Shown here: positions 1-12,530 of the stretch, piece by piece
Numbering within the stretch: position 1 is the first letter of the stretch
Layout of the letters: the number at the start of each line of letters is the position of its first letter
NCBI GenBank assembly: GCA_051294375.1
Contig: CM119269.1
Span: forward strand, 981,645 to 1,045,644
From: Paraspadella gotoi
Lineage: Eukaryota > Animalia > Chaetognatha
Reading direction: 5' to 3'
Length of the DNA stretch: 64,000 nucleotides
Position numbers and translations under genes: made by a program
The notes under the pieces: generated by a model
What the model saw: the letters and a program-made list of their open reading frames with translations, nothing else
The model's database searches: none
Told to the model about the DNA's origin: nothing

Positions 1-1004
1 CATCTTGACGAAGGATAACAGATGGTTTTGTTTTTTTTTTATGTTAATTACTGCAACAAATAAAGTGCTCTAAGTTTTATGATTTAAAATATTTCGTTCA
101 GCCCTTCAAACTAAGTATCACGATTTAGTTAAAAAACAAGTCATATAAAGGATCAATCTGTATTCGTCGAGGGAAATTATACTACAATGTTGTTAATACA
201 AATATATACATCCGATCACAGATAATTTAATGGGGATTCAATCGACAGAAAATAAAGGGAATCAATATCAATATCTTCCGAATGGAAGGGAAACAAAGCT
301 AAAACCCCCAAAAAAACTTTATCTTTCTTTGTTAAAACATATTTACTTATGAAAACTCTTTCTCCGCTTTCAGTTTCAATTTCCTTGAAATAAAAGGTCG
401 AGGCGGAAAAAGGGGAGAGAGAGGGGGAAATGGGGGGAGGAAGGGAAGAGGAGGAGGAGGAGGAGGAGGAGGAGGAGGAGGGCCGGTTTACAAATCGGTA
501 GAGAGCGAAAGGAAATGCGGAGTTTTTTTTTGTTTTGTTTTTTTTTCAAATCGAGGCACCAGTCTCTTTCTAAAACATGATTGGAAAAAGGGATTTTAAT
601 TTCGAAATTGCCATTTGCCAGAAAATCCCAGTAAAAAATATAAAAATCCTCCAGGGTATAAAAAAAAACTCGAGTTAGAAAAACCGGAAAATTAAAAGAG
701 GATAACAAAATATCTGACGGGGAGAATAAAAATAAACGCGTCGTGAATAGTGAACCAGAGAGACAAAATGCGAAAAGCGAAGATAAAACAGACGACGATG
801 TCTACAAACCTGATAAATCGAAATAGATGGTCAAGCAACTAAACAATAACAAAAAAAAACAAAACAGGAAAGAAAAACACAAAAACGACAAGAGACGACG
901 ACGGCGGCAAAGGCGTCCGACCGAAACAATTCTTCTTTTTTTTTTTTAGCTTAGAATATTTTTTTTTGTTCTTTGGTTTGGATCCGCGACGTCGCCTCTT
1001 CGTT

Positions 1005-1415
1005 TCAAGCTTGAATGAACTTCCACCTGGAGTCGTCCTCTTCCCGCGATTCTGGACTTCTCACCCTCAACCCACCCGCTCCTCCTCCTCCTCCTCCTCC
1101 TCCTCCTACTCCGCCCCCTTTGCTGGATTTATTGGACCCGTTGTTTTCCTTGTTGTTGTTGTCCTTTTGTTTATTTCCTCCGCTTCTGCAGTCCAGAGTC
1201 GCTTGATGGTGAAGGTTGTAGTTATGAGCGATGGAGTCGTTGACGCCGCCTCCGCCGCCAACCGTGCGTCTCAATGTTATCGGGGAACGAGGCGGCGCCA
1301 CGCCGTTGGCCAGAGGATTGTCAAGAATGCTGGCGCCGCAAGTCGATTCCGGCGCTAAAGTGGTGGATACGGCGTTGGAGTGAGTCGTGGGACAGGGGCG
1401 CACTCCGTCGAGGCT
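1005..1415 (-). CDS. IgSF terminal coding exon (SLDGVRPCPTTHS...poly-Gly...DSRWKFIQA*)
   Basis: Acceptor ttttccttcgcag in phase 0; 411-nt open frame to TGA (ORF 1005-1403). Confidence 0.75.
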   Translation of the reverse strand, partial: SLDGVRPCPTTHSNAVSTTLAPESTCGASILDNPLANGVAPPRSPITLRRTVGGGGGVNDSIAHNYNLHHQATLDCRSGGNKQKDNNNKENNGSNKSSKGGGVGGGGGGGGGAGGLRVRSPESREEDDSRWKFIQA

Positions 1416-2025
1416 CTGCGAAGGAAAAGTAGAAAACGAAATCTTCTCTTAGGCGGGGGAACGCGCCATCCCAACCGTGAGTCCTATCCACAGTTCTAAC
1501 GACATCCCACAGCGTTGGCAAAGCGTGACTGTACTAGCGTAACCAAGCCGGTGGTTAGCTGCGCCACTGAGGTTCCGAAGCCCCGAGCGCCAACAAAAGA
1601 GAAGCCCCACTTAGCTGGACATCACGGGCAACCAGGTTGTGGTCATGGAAGGAAGGTTAAAGAGAAGGAAAAAAAGAGGGAAAGGTAAAAAGAATAAAAA
1701 AGAGAGAGGGAGAAAAGGAAAGAAAAGAAGAAACAAAACATATAAAAAAGAAGAGAGGGAGGAAAGTAAAGAAAAGAAGAAACAAAACATATAAAAAAGA
1801 AGAGAGGGAGAAAAGGAAAGAAAAGAAGAAACAAAAAATATAAAAAAAGAAGAGGAGGAAAGAAGGAACAAAATGGGTAATGGACTATTTCAGGAGAAAA
1901 AAAAGAGAGAGATTGGAAAGGTCAAAGGTTACGATCAACAAATCAGCGATGAAAACAACGAGAAATTCAGGCCAGCGGGATTCTCGTCTTTACTCTCGTT
2001 TAAAAAACAATAAAACAAAGGAGCA

Positions 2026-2057
<32 letters not shown>

Positions 2058-2151
2058 AAAGAAAACAGAAAAAAAACAATCAAATAAAAAACGCTCACTT
2101 CTCCCGAAACTCGATCCACCCGGATGTAACCAAGCCTTAGTTCCGACTCAC

Positions 2152-2308
2152 GTTGAGCGGTTCCTGTGCGGCGAGAGCGAAGGCCGCTGAGGGTGAGTAA
2201 ACCGAGGTGTTGCCCATGGTGTTGCCCATGGTGTTGCCCATAGCGCCGCCCATGTTGTTGCCAATCGCGTAACTCCAAGAGTCATGGATGAGCATGTGAC
2301 TCTCGTTA
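2152..2308 (-). CDS. IgSF cytoplasmic exon (SNESHMLIHDSWSYAIGNNMGGAMGNTMGNTMGNTSVYSPSAAFALAAQEPLN)
   Basis: Acceptor gtttttag, donor gtgagt, 157 nt, phase 2 to 0. Confidence 0.8.
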
Positions 2309-2401
2309 CTAAAAACGGCGCCAAAAAATATTGTAAAAAAATATAATTTGGTATGTTTTTTATCCGATTTAAAGAACAACAATAACAAAATAAAACCGCA
2401 C

Positions 2402-2630
2402 CTGCTGGCCGTTTGATGGCCGCTGCTGCCGCGGCTGCCCAGCGTCGCCAACGACGACGCGGCTTGAAGCTCCAGCCGGGCGTCGTCGTCGCCGGCAGAT
2501 GAGTGGATCAGTTCCAACCGATCGGCTGAGGTCGGGAGGAGATTTAGTTGGTGATTGGCTGTGGATTTGGGTGAATATCGATTTTTCAATTATTGGCGGA
2601 GAGAATTTATATTGAAATAGCAGTTGGTTC
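2402..2630 (-). CDS. IgSF cytoplasmic exon (...KSTANHQLNLLPTSADRLELIHSSAGDDDARLELQAASSLATLGSRGSSGHQTAS)
   Basis: Part of ORF 2137-2589; donor gtgcgg in phase 2; 5' boundary approximate. Confidence 0.7.
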
Positions 2631-2694
2631 TAAATTCTAGGCAAATATGTTTCACCTTGATTGACTGGGGAGGTGAGATTCTTAAAATGCCACA

Positions 2695-2745
2695 TCTTTG
2701 ACTGCTCCGCATCCAGCGCCATCTGAGGGATGATCGACGAGTGAT
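2695..2745 (-). CDS. Probable small cytoplasmic exon (DHSSIIPQMALDAEQSK)
   Basis: Acceptor tattccgtag in phase 1; donor position approximate. Confidence 0.5.
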
Positions 2746-2882
2746 CTACGGAATATCGAGGCGGAAAAACAAAAGTACAATGCGTTTATTATTGTGCTAT
2801 TATTAAATGCTTCAATGCTTCGAGTTCAATGCTTAAAAAAAAATCAAGAAAAAGATTATTTACAAACATGACAGCAAATTAC

Positions 2883-3076
2883 CCGTAGCGAAGTAGGGCG
2901 CCACAGCCACGCCCCCTGGCGCCGCGATGATGATCCCATCTCCCGGCGTCGTCCCCGGGGTCGCCTGCGACGACATCGCCTTCAACTTGGATCGGCGCCG
3001 GCAGAGGATGATGATGATGCCCAGCAAGATGGCGCCGAATATAAGCAGGACCGCCGCCACTAACGCCTCGAAAATG
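2883..3076 (-). CDS. IgSF transmembrane exon (IFEALVAAVLLIFGAILLGIIIILCRRRSKLK...VAPYFAT)
   Basis: Acceptor ttttccgccgcag, donor gtaatt; hydrophobic run of ~21 residues followed by a C-RRR stop-transfer motif; phase 2 to 1. Confidence 0.88.
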
Positions 3077-3172
3077 CTGCGGCGGAAAACATAATAAAAA
3101 AAAAAGGAATAAAATAAAATGATGATTATGTAATATTTAACTTGATGTGTTCATTTGTTATCGACGACGAAC

Positions 3173-3220
3173 CTTTGGTCCGTTAGATGCGAATCCCTTC
3201 CGTCTGCAACGCCTCTCAAT
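3173..3220 (-). CDS. IgSF juxtamembrane mini-exon (LRGVADGRDSHLTDQ)
   Basis: Acceptor ttttcccgcgcag, donor gttcgt, 48 nt, phase 2 to 2, joins the TM exon in frame. Confidence 0.65.
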
Positions 3221-3404
3221 CTGCGCGGGAAAAATAGAAAAAACGCTGAGAGCGAAAAAACTAAACGCGATATCGAAAAGCAAAGGCGAGAACTGAATGC
3301 TAAATGGTCTTTTCTTGTCTCTCTTCTCTCTTTCTCCTCCTCATCTCTCTCTCATCTCCTCTCTCTCTCTTCTCTCTCTCTCTCTCTCTCTCTTCTCGCT
3401 CTCG

Positions 3405-3436
<32 letters not shown>

Positions 3437-3494
3437 TCTCTCTCTCTTCTCATACTCTCTCTCTCTCTTCCTCCTCTCCTTCTTCTCTCACAAC

Positions 3495-3648
3495 CCCAGC
3501 GGCACCTGTCGTACATCGATGACAGATGCAGGGTCTTGACTGAGACGCTGGAAGAGAATAGACGCTCAACATATCGTCGTATCGCGGAATTTGGAATTTT
3601 TGAAAACGGCTTTGCTTATGACGAGGTTCGTCTCGAGACGTTCACCAC
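3495..3648 (-). CDS. Probable IgSF extracellular exon (approx. VVNVSETN...SVYCF..SVSVKTLHLS)
   Basis: Acceptor tttcccactcag; conserved in the three copies, which disagree by indels. Confidence 0.5.
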
Positions 3649-3769
3649 CTGAGTGGGAAAGAGGGAAATGTGGGGAAGTGGGTTGGGGGATTTGATATGA
3701 GGTCATCTGAAGAGAAGAGAGAGAGAGAGAGGAGGAGAGAGAGAAAGAGAAGAGAGAGAGGGAGAGAGT

Positions 3770-3803
<34 letters not shown>

Positions 3804-4048
3804 AGAATGATGGTCGCGAATCGGTCGGTTTGAAAAATGGCGCGCAAACGAGTGACGGATTGACGCCCCTTTCGCGCCGGTGTCTTCTGTCCTCTGGAAA
3901 CGACAGAATCTCGGTCATCTGGTTGAGCGGAATGTATCAACGGTTTCTATTTTTTAAGAATTGCTCGGCGCCGACTTTCACACATACATTTACATTTATT
4001 ATTTATTACAGACAACCCCCAACATCTCGTCCCACCCCCTGCTCACCG

Positions 4049-4195
4049 GTCCTCCCCCTTGTCCTGCATACGCACGAATGTTCCGGATTCTCTCGTATCT
4101 CCAGGAATGATTCACGGTGGCAATCCATCCTCGTGATGATCACGCCAGTTGAATGGAGATTTGGTCGGGCGTCGTCGCGGAGAATCCGGCGTTGG
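4049..4195 (-). CDS. Probable IgSF exon (frame uncertain because of indels)
   Basis: GC-rich island after a pyrimidine tract, with donor gtgagc. Present in all three copies (also ~10560-10747 and ~31385-31572, where the acceptor ccccag is visible). Confidence 0.45.
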
Positions 4196-4348
4196 GGGGG
4201 GAGGGGGGAAAAGAGGAAAAGTGGGCGTGGCCTCGCGTCAACTCTCTGAATTAATTCATTTTTTTCTTTTTTTTTCTATCTTCCCTTTTCTTTGTTTCTT
4301 TTTTTATTTTTTTTCTTTTGTCTTCTTTTATTTAATCTTTCTTTTTTA

Positions 4349-4379
<31 letters not shown>

Positions 4380-4382
4380 GTT

Positions 4383-5622
4383 ATCACATGTATTATGAGG
4401 AACTAGATGGAAATTGTATGTATATCAGAGAAGTGAACCAGACAAACGTCTTTATGTTGTATTCTTAATTTATTACAACAACGCTGCATCGGGAATTCTC
4501 TCTTTGTCTATTTCCTTTATATATAGTTGTATTTCCTTAAGGCGCTGCGCTCCAGTCACATTAGATTTGAGGTTAGTTTCTTGTCTAAAAAATGGGTTTG
4601 ACTAATTTTTTAACATAGTACCGACAAACCGCAATGAACTGAATCACCGGACTTGCAACTGAACAAAAAGTTGACTTAGAGTTCTGCGCGGCGGCAACTA
4701 AAAATGGGGAAGGAATGACTCTTCGAGGAGCAGTGGAGGATAAATTGTGCAGAAATTGGGCGGTATAGAAACATGAGGTGAACGGGGAGAAATGTGTAAG
4801 TGAGTTTCTGGGACGTGAGTAAGAAGGAGAGACGATGCTAGACAAAGGCTCAATTTAATGTTAGAGAGGAAGAAAAGAAAAGGTTAATTGGATGGTGGAG
4901 GAAAAAAATAAATAGAGAAAAAGAAAAGAGAATAACGAACATTCGGGTAAAATCTACCAGAGTTTTCTGAGTAGAGGGGTTTCGGAGAATGATAATGAAG
5001 ACAAGATAAGCAAATAGATCCACTTAACCATTAAGACTATCTAACCATTAGACGCATTAACCAAGGCTGTGAGTCTTTGATGGGTAGACAAGGATAGATA
5101 ATGAGAAAGAAAGCACAATAACCATGTAGATCCATTAACCATTAACCAAGCTGTAGCGATGCTTAGAATGAGTAAAAGGATGATAATGAGAAGAGAAAGG
5201 CAAATACATCCGATTAAACCATTAACACTTAACCAAGCCTGTTAATCTTTGACTGGGTAAAAGGATGATAAGAAGCAAAGAAAGCATGAATAACCATAAC
5301 CATTAACCAAGCTGTTAATCTGTGGTCGGTGTGCAGAGTTAAGGTAGTCGCCAGAGTCAAACTCTAGCCTTGGATCGCGCATAAGCGGCGTCGTCCGCGA
5401 ATATAGTAGTATCCGTGACGCAAAACGAGGCGTTACGCGAGCCCGTAGCCTGGTGGGCAAGATGGCGTGCCAAGATGGGGGAAGACTTTCTCGCACCAAA
5501 GCCGCGGCGCGAATCGAGCGGGAGAAGTCGGCGAGGCGTGGCTTGTAAAAAGGGAGGATATCTTGTAACTGAGAGGTGTCGCCCGGTCCTGCTTCAATAG
5601 AGCGAGGGAACTCCGGTTGTAA
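4383..5622 (+). CDS. Duplicate of alpha2delta-like 3' exons (4383-4571, 4619-~4760, 5337-5622)
   Basis: Homologous to 24838-26067; 47-nt intron 4572-4618 (gttagt...tgactaat...catag); begins mid-exon at a T-rich junction. Confidence 0.5.
5020..5320 (+). repeat. Intronic ~90-bp tandem repeat with (taaccat)n cores; also at 25475-25770
   Basis: Recurrent attaaccaagctgt...aaggatgataa..agaaagcaaa. Confidence 0.75.
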
Positions 5623-8600
5623 TGTTCGCTTTATCCTTTTCTTGCGGTATGGGACGCTAAAGAAGAAATTGTGAAAAGAAAAAAGGAAGCGCTTTTTGTT
5701 TCGAAAAACCGTCGTTTTCAAATCGGCAAGGGCGCTAGGGGCGAGAAGGGGGGAGATTACGCCACGATTGATTAGCTCTCGTCCGGCGTGATTGTGGAAA
5801 ATTGAGGCTTTACTCGCGTGTTGTGCCGTTCGATGGCGAAGAAGAGAGATGAGAGAAAAGAGAAACGGAGACTTTTGATCTTAACTTATTGTCATTATTT
5901 TTAGAACATAGGAACATTGGCTTTTCCCTGAGAAGATAACAGATGGTTTTTTTTAGTTGTATAGTAAACGATTATTAAATTCAAAAAGACATGTTGGCCA
6001 TTAAGCCAACAGCATGTGACTTGGAATTTTTTAAGAGGAGAAAGATACAAATCAGTCATAAATTGTGATGGCTGAGACCAAAATGTCTTTTTATATAATC
6101 GTGAACAACTGTTTAATCGTCAACAACGAAAAGAGGTTTTTTTATTACTGTTAATTTTACTGCAACAAATAATGCTCTAAGTTTATGATTTAAAATATTT
6201 TCGGTTCAGACCTTACAAACTAAGGTACAGTCACTATTTAGTATAAAAAACCAAGCTCATATTGAAGAAGGATCAATTCGTATTCGTCGAGGGAAATTAT
6301 TACTGCAATGTTGTAATACAAATATATTACATTCCGATCAACAGCATGAATTGAAATGGGGATGTCAATGACCAGAAATAAAGGAATCAAGTATCAATAT
6401 CTTCCGAATGAAGGGAAACAAAGCTAGAACCCAAAAAACTTATCTTTCTTTGTTAAAACATATTTAACTTATTGAAAACTGCTTGCTCCTGCCTTTCAGT
6501 TTCAAATTTCCTTGAAATTAAATGGTCGAGGCGGAAAAAGGGCGAGAGAGGGGGGAATGGTGGGGAGGAGGAAGAGGAGAGGAGGAGGAGGAGGAGGAGA
6601 GGAGAGGCGCCGGTTTATACAAATCGTAGAGAAGCGAAAGGAAATGCGGAGGATTTTTTTTTTGTTTTGTTTTTTTTCAAAGATCGATGGCATCCAGTCT
6701 ACTTTCGTAAATACATGGATTGGAAACAAAGGGATTTTAATTTCGAAATTGCCATTTGCCAGAAGAATCCAAGTAAAAAATATAAAATCACTCCGGTATA
6801 AAAAAAAACTCGAGTTAGAAAACCGGAATAATTATTAAAGAGGAATAACAACAAATATCTGACGGGAGAAAAGATAACGCGTCGGTGAACATTAAGTGAC
6901 ACGTTCAGAGAGACAAAATGCGAAAAGCGAAGATAAAAAAACGACGATGTTCTATCAAACTGATTAATCTGACATAAGTATTCAAGGCAACTAGAGACAT
7001 AATAACAAAAAAAACAAAACAGAAAAAAAACACAAAACGACAAGAGACACGACGCGGCAAAGGCGTCCGACCGAAACAAATTCTTCTTTTTTTTTTTTAG
7101 CCTACGACATATTTTTTTTGTTCTTCATGGTTGAATCCGCGATCGTCGCCTCTTCGTTTCAAGCTTGAATGAACTAAGCTACACCATGAGAGTCGTCCTC
7201 GTTCCCGCGCATCGGTACTTCTCACCCTACACAAAAACCCAACCCGCTCCTCCTCCTTCCTTGTCTCTTCCTCCAATTACTCTCAAACCTCCTACTACCG
7301 CTTTGACTGGGATTTATTTGGACAATCCGTGTGTTTCCCTTGGTTGTTGTTGATCCACTTATATTCGTGTTTATTTCCTCCGTTCTGCGATCCGAGGAAT
7401 TCGCGTTGATGGTGGAAGTGTGTAGTTATGAGGCGATGGAGTGCGGTTGACGACCGCCTCCGCCGAAACCGTGCGTCTCAAATGTGTATCGGGGATACGA
7501 GGCTGCGCCACGCCGTGGTCCAAGGATTGTCAAGAATGCTGGGCATGCCGGCAAGTCGATTCCGTGCGCTAAAGGGTGGATACGGGGAGTGAGTCGTGGG
7601 ACAGGGCGCACTCACGTCGAGGCCTGCGAATGGAAAGTAGAAAACCGATGAAGTCTTCTCTGAGCGGCTCGGGAACGCCTCCCATCTTCCAACCGTGAGT
7701 CCTCTAACCTTGTACTTAACACGAAGTTCACGACAATCCGCAGCAAGTTTGGCCAAAGGCGACTGACGTGTATCGTATGGCGTGACAAGAACCAAGCCGG
7801 TGGTTAAAAGCTGACGCCATGAGGTGTTTTCCGAAGCACCCGAGGCGACAATCTAAAAAGAGAAGCCTCACTTAGCTGGAATCACGGGGCAATCCGGTTG
7901 TATGGTACAATGGAAGGAGAATAGGAAAGAGCTAAGAGTGAAGAAAAAAAGAGGGAAAGAGTTAAAGCATGAGAATAAAAAGAGAGAGAGAGAGAAAAGG
8001 AGAAAAGAAAAAAGAGAAAACAAACAATATAAAAATAAGATGAGGGGAAAGTACAGAGAAGCGAAGAAGTCAAAACATACTAAAAAAGAAGAAGAGGAGA
8101 AGAAGAAAGAAAAGAAGAAACAAAAAAATATAAGCCAAAAAGAATAGAAGGAAAAGAAAGAAAAAAAGTAGGGTAAAAGGACTATTTCAGAGAAAAAAAA
8201 GAGAGAGATTGCGAAGGATCAAATAGGTTACGATGCAACCCAAATAGTCAAGTGATATAAACAACGAAGAGACTAACATGTTCAAAAGGCACTAGACAAG
8301 GAGAGTTCTTCGCTTTAACCTTCGTTGTGAAAAAAGATAAAAACAAAGGAGCAAAGGAAGAAACAACTACAAACAAAAATAAAAAAAAAAAAGAAAGAAA
8401 AACAGAAAAAAACAGATCAGAAATAAAAAACGCTAGACTTCTGTCAACTTCCCGAAACTCGATCCACCTCGGATGTACCACCGCTTAGTTCCGAGACTAC
8501 GTTGAGAGACGGTGCTGTGCAGCCGAGAGGTATGAGACGATTAAGGGAGGCTAACCTGAGAGTGGTAAATCCGCAAGTGGTTGTTGCCATGTGTTGATGT

Positions 8601-9805
8601 TTGCCCATAGCGCCGTCCCATGTTGTGCCCAATACGCGTAAACCCAAGAGTCTATGGATGAGCATGTGACTTCGTTACTAAAAACGGCCGCCAAAAAAAT
8701 AGTTGTAAAAAAATATAATTTTGGTTATGTTTTTTATCGTATTTAAAGAACAACAATACTAAAAATAAAAGCCGCACCTGCTGGCCGTTTTTGAGTGGCC
8801 GCTGCTGACCGCGGCTCCCAGCGTCGCCAAAGACGACGCGGCTTTGAAGCTCCAGCCGGGGCGTCATCGTCGCCGGCAGATGAGTGGATCAGTCACAAAC
8901 CGATGTCGGCTGAGGTCGGAGAGATTTAGTTGGTGATTGGCGTGGATTTGGTGAATATGCGATTTTTTCAATTATTGGGCGGAGAGAATTTAATTGAAAT
9001 AGCAGTTGGGTTCTAAAATTCTATGAAGCAATATTGTTCGACCTTGTATTGATGGAGTTAGAGATTCTACTAAATGACCCACATGGTTGAGACTGCTCCG
9101 CATCCACGCCAGTCTAGGTGACGATCGAACGGTTGATTCACAGAATTCGAGGGGAAAAAACAAAAGTACAATTGCGTTCAAGTTATTGTGCACTATTTAT
9201 GAAAGCGCCTTCAATACTCTCGAGTCATGCTATAAGGAAAAAGAGATACAAGAAAAGATTTATATTACAAACATGACAGCTATAATTAGCCGGTAGCGAT
9301 CAGTTAGGGGCGCCACAGCCACGCCCCTTGGCGCCGGATGATAGTCCATCTCCCGGTCGTCGTCCCGGGGTCGCGTCTGCGACGACAGTCGCCTTCAACT
9401 CTGGATCGGCGCCGGCAGAAGGTGCATGATGATGCCCCAGCAGATGGCGCCGAATATAAGCAGGAAGACCGCCCGCTTCTAACGCCTCGAAAATGTGCTG
9501 CGGGAAAACATATTAGATAAAAAAAAGGAATAAAATAAAAGTTATGATTATTGTAATATTTAAATTGATGTGTTCATTTGTTATCGACGTAGCCACGAAC
9601 CTTGTCCGTCTAGATGCGAATCCCCTTCCCGTCTAGCAACGCCCTCTCAATCCGCGCGCAAAAATAGAACGTCACGAGCGAAAAAACTAAAGGCGATTAT
9701 CCGAAAAGCCAATAGGCGAGAACTGAATGCTAAATAACTTCTTGTCTCTCTCTCTCGTTTCTCCTCCTCTCTCTCTCTCACTCTCTCTCTCTCTCTCTCT
9801 CTTCT

Positions 9806-9841
<36 letters not shown>

Positions 9842-11957
9842 TCCTTCTCTCTTCCTCTCTCCTCTCTCTCTTACTCTCTCTCTCCTCTCTCTCTCTCCTT
9901 ATCTCTCTCTCTACGAACCCCAGCGGCCCTGGTCCGGTACCAATCGATGACAGATTGCAGGGTCTTGACTGAGACGCTGGAATAGGAAGCAATAGACGCT
10001 CAACATGATCGTCGATCGCGAATTTGGAATTTGTGAAAACTGGCTTTGCTTATGACGGGTTCGTCTCCGAGACGTTCACCACCCCTGGAGTTGGGAAGAA
10101 AGGAAATGCTGGGGATATGCTATGGGGGATTTGATATGAGGTCAAATCTGAAGAGAGAGAGAGAGCACGAGAGAGAGAGAGAGAGAGAGCATCGATGAGA
10201 GAGAGAATGAGAGAGTGATTCAGAGAGGAGAGATGAGAGAGAGAGAAGAGAAAGAATGATGGTCGCGAATCGGTCGGTTTGAAAAAATGGCGGCAAACTG
10301 CAGTTGACTCGGATTGACGTCCCCCTTTCGCCCTCCCGGTCTTCTGTCGCCTGGAAACGTACAGAATCTCACGGTCATCTCGGTTCAGACAGATGTTACT
10401 CAACGCGGTTTCTAATTCCTGAGCAAAGAAACTGACTTCGGTTTTTTTTTCTTCTGTGCGAACTCCGACCTTTTCCACACCAACATTTACAGTCTAATAT
10501 TACATTTATTAACACGGAGCAACCTCGAACACTCTCGTCCCACTAACCCCTGGCTCACCCGGTTCTCCTCCTTGTCCTGCTATCCAGTCCATTCTGGCAC
10601 GCAATGCTTACGGATTCTCATCGTAACTCTCAAGGAAGTCAAGATCACGGGTCGCAATCCATCCTACGTGATGATCACCCATTCTTTTGCCAGCCAGTGA
10701 TGGTAATTGGGCGGCGGTCGTCGCACGGAGAATCGCCGGCCGTTAATCTGGGGAGTGTGGGGATGAGACAGCAGGAATAAAGTCGGGCGCTTGCCCGTTG
10801 AGATCAATTCGTCGGCGTCAACGTCTCTCTGAATTACACTCGAATTTTTTCACAGTTTTTCTTTTTTATAATCTCCTTGCACGCCTTTTCTTTGTTTCTT
10901 TTTTTATTTTTTATTCTTTTTGTCTTCTTTATTTAATCTTTTCTCGTATATTTATATCACTGTTAGAATATTCAGTTTCTTTGTTACGATGATGTATAGG
11001 TTGTAGAGCGAGTATTCTTTCGAGAGTATAGAGTCTTAGAAATCTTTATCTTCTTCTTACTCGCGCACTTGCATTGAATCTGAGAGAGAGAGTAGAGAGG
11101 CTGAGCAATGTCTTAAGAGAGAGTAGAGATGATCCTTAAGAAGAGAGAGATGATGAGAGATGATTGATGAGAGAGATGAGAGAGAGACTAGAAGAAACAT
11201 TTTACTTGACCAGAAATATATTTTAGAGAAGAGAAGAAGTCAAAAGAGCGAATCCTAATATTAGATTTCATCATCGATTTATTTTTTTTGTTCAAGTAAT
11301 ATGCCGCATCTATAGCGTTCTAAGACTATGTGGTATCATTCTGTCGCTTGTTCGTGTTGTCCTCTCGTTCGTCGTTCGCTTTCGTTCTATTTCTGTCGTC
11401 GTCCGTTGTCGTCGTCGTCCGTCTGTAGCCAATGATACACCCAATTTTGATAAACGACAATAAATATAAAGTTGAAAACACTCTTGATGTGTCTGTCGAC
11501 ACGATAATTAAGCCTTAACGAAGCTAATCGATAAAGCTTAACAAAATCATTTACAAATACTATGGTGTCCAACTTGAAAAACTTTGTAGATTAGACGAAA
11601 TTGATTGAATTGATATTGATTTTAACAAGTACTTAATTGAGAGCCCACGCGTATAAGAGTTGCGCGAGAGAGACATAGAGTACTAAGAGCGAGATCACAG
11701 TATAAATTAGATAGAGAATATTCAGTAAATATTACGGCGGATCTGAGATCCCTTGTAATCAGGAGCTAGTTTTCGTGTCCTTAATAGCGATGTTGCGTTC
11801 CATTCATTGTATACTGACAAGCAGATCGACGCGTCGTCTGGTAGTCACTGCTTAAAGTCAGGACGGACTGTATGTAAGTGTGAACTGAAAAGCATTACTT
11901 AATAGAGAACGTTGGGCCAGGGTCGTTTTGATACGGTTCTTTTTGCTTTTTTTGTAT

Positions 11958-12009
<52 letters not shown>

Positions 12010-12037
12010 CTCNNNNNNNNNNNNNNNNNNNNNNNNN

Positions 12038-12073
<36 letters not shown>

Positions 12074-12085
12074 GTCCGGCCACAC

Positions 12086-12199
12086 CTGCAAAGGGCAAAT
12101 GACTTTCGGGTTGTGCAGCAACTTCACCATGATCCTCGATTCCATAGTTTTCTTTCCCAATGAGATTTTGAGAAAGACGGTTTTGAAGAAATTCTTTTC
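12086..12199 (-). CDS. IgSF exon, clean duplicate copy (EKNFFKTVFLKISLGKKTMESRIMVKLLHNPKVICPLQ)
   Basis: Acceptor cccctaacag, donor gtgtgg, 114 nt, phase 0 to 0. Confidence 0.7.
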
Positions 12200-12499
12200 C
12201 TGTTAGGGGAAGAGAGGCGAGCGAAGAATAGTAAAAATATGGGCGTCACTTGTTTTTTTAAAAGACGCTGAAAGACGCTTTAATTCAAAGACTTGAATGG
12301 CTGAATGAAAGACGCTTTCTCTCTCGCTCGTTTGAGCCGCTGAATAAAAGATCCGCGTGGTTGGTTTGAATGAAGGATGATTTGGTTGAACGGACGAGAA
12401 AAGGATCGGACGGAAGTCTAAGAGCCGATCCTGATTAGAGGCTCGGCCGCTCATCTCTCTCTCTCGTTTTCCCGATTCCCTCTTCACTTCTCTCTCTCT

Positions 12500-12530
<31 letters not shown>

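Larger units (their letters stand above)
1..4340 (+). repeat. Copy 1 (cleanest) of triplicated IgSF 3' block
   Basis: Collinear with ~5926-10940 and 26389-31770 (e.g. catcttgacgaaggataacagatgg at 1 and 26389). Confidence 0.95.
4383..12480 (+). repeat. Direct duplicate of 24838-33270
   Basis: Both start atcacatgtattatgaggaactag; ~10400-12000 appears identical to ~31225-32825 (offset 20825, identical ORFs in the track). Confidence 0.95.

Noticed and set aside
5242-5721. Minus-strand 159-aa ORF containing DSGDYL as an Ig exon
   Set aside because: No Cys after the motif, frame not preserved in the 25.8-kb copy, and it lies downstream of the IgSF stop; fits better as antisense to the plus-strand last exon
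5926-10940. Frameshifted copies as pseudogenes of a tandem receptor family
   Set aside because: Divergence is dominated by small indels spread evenly over exons and introns, matching long-read error rather than evolution
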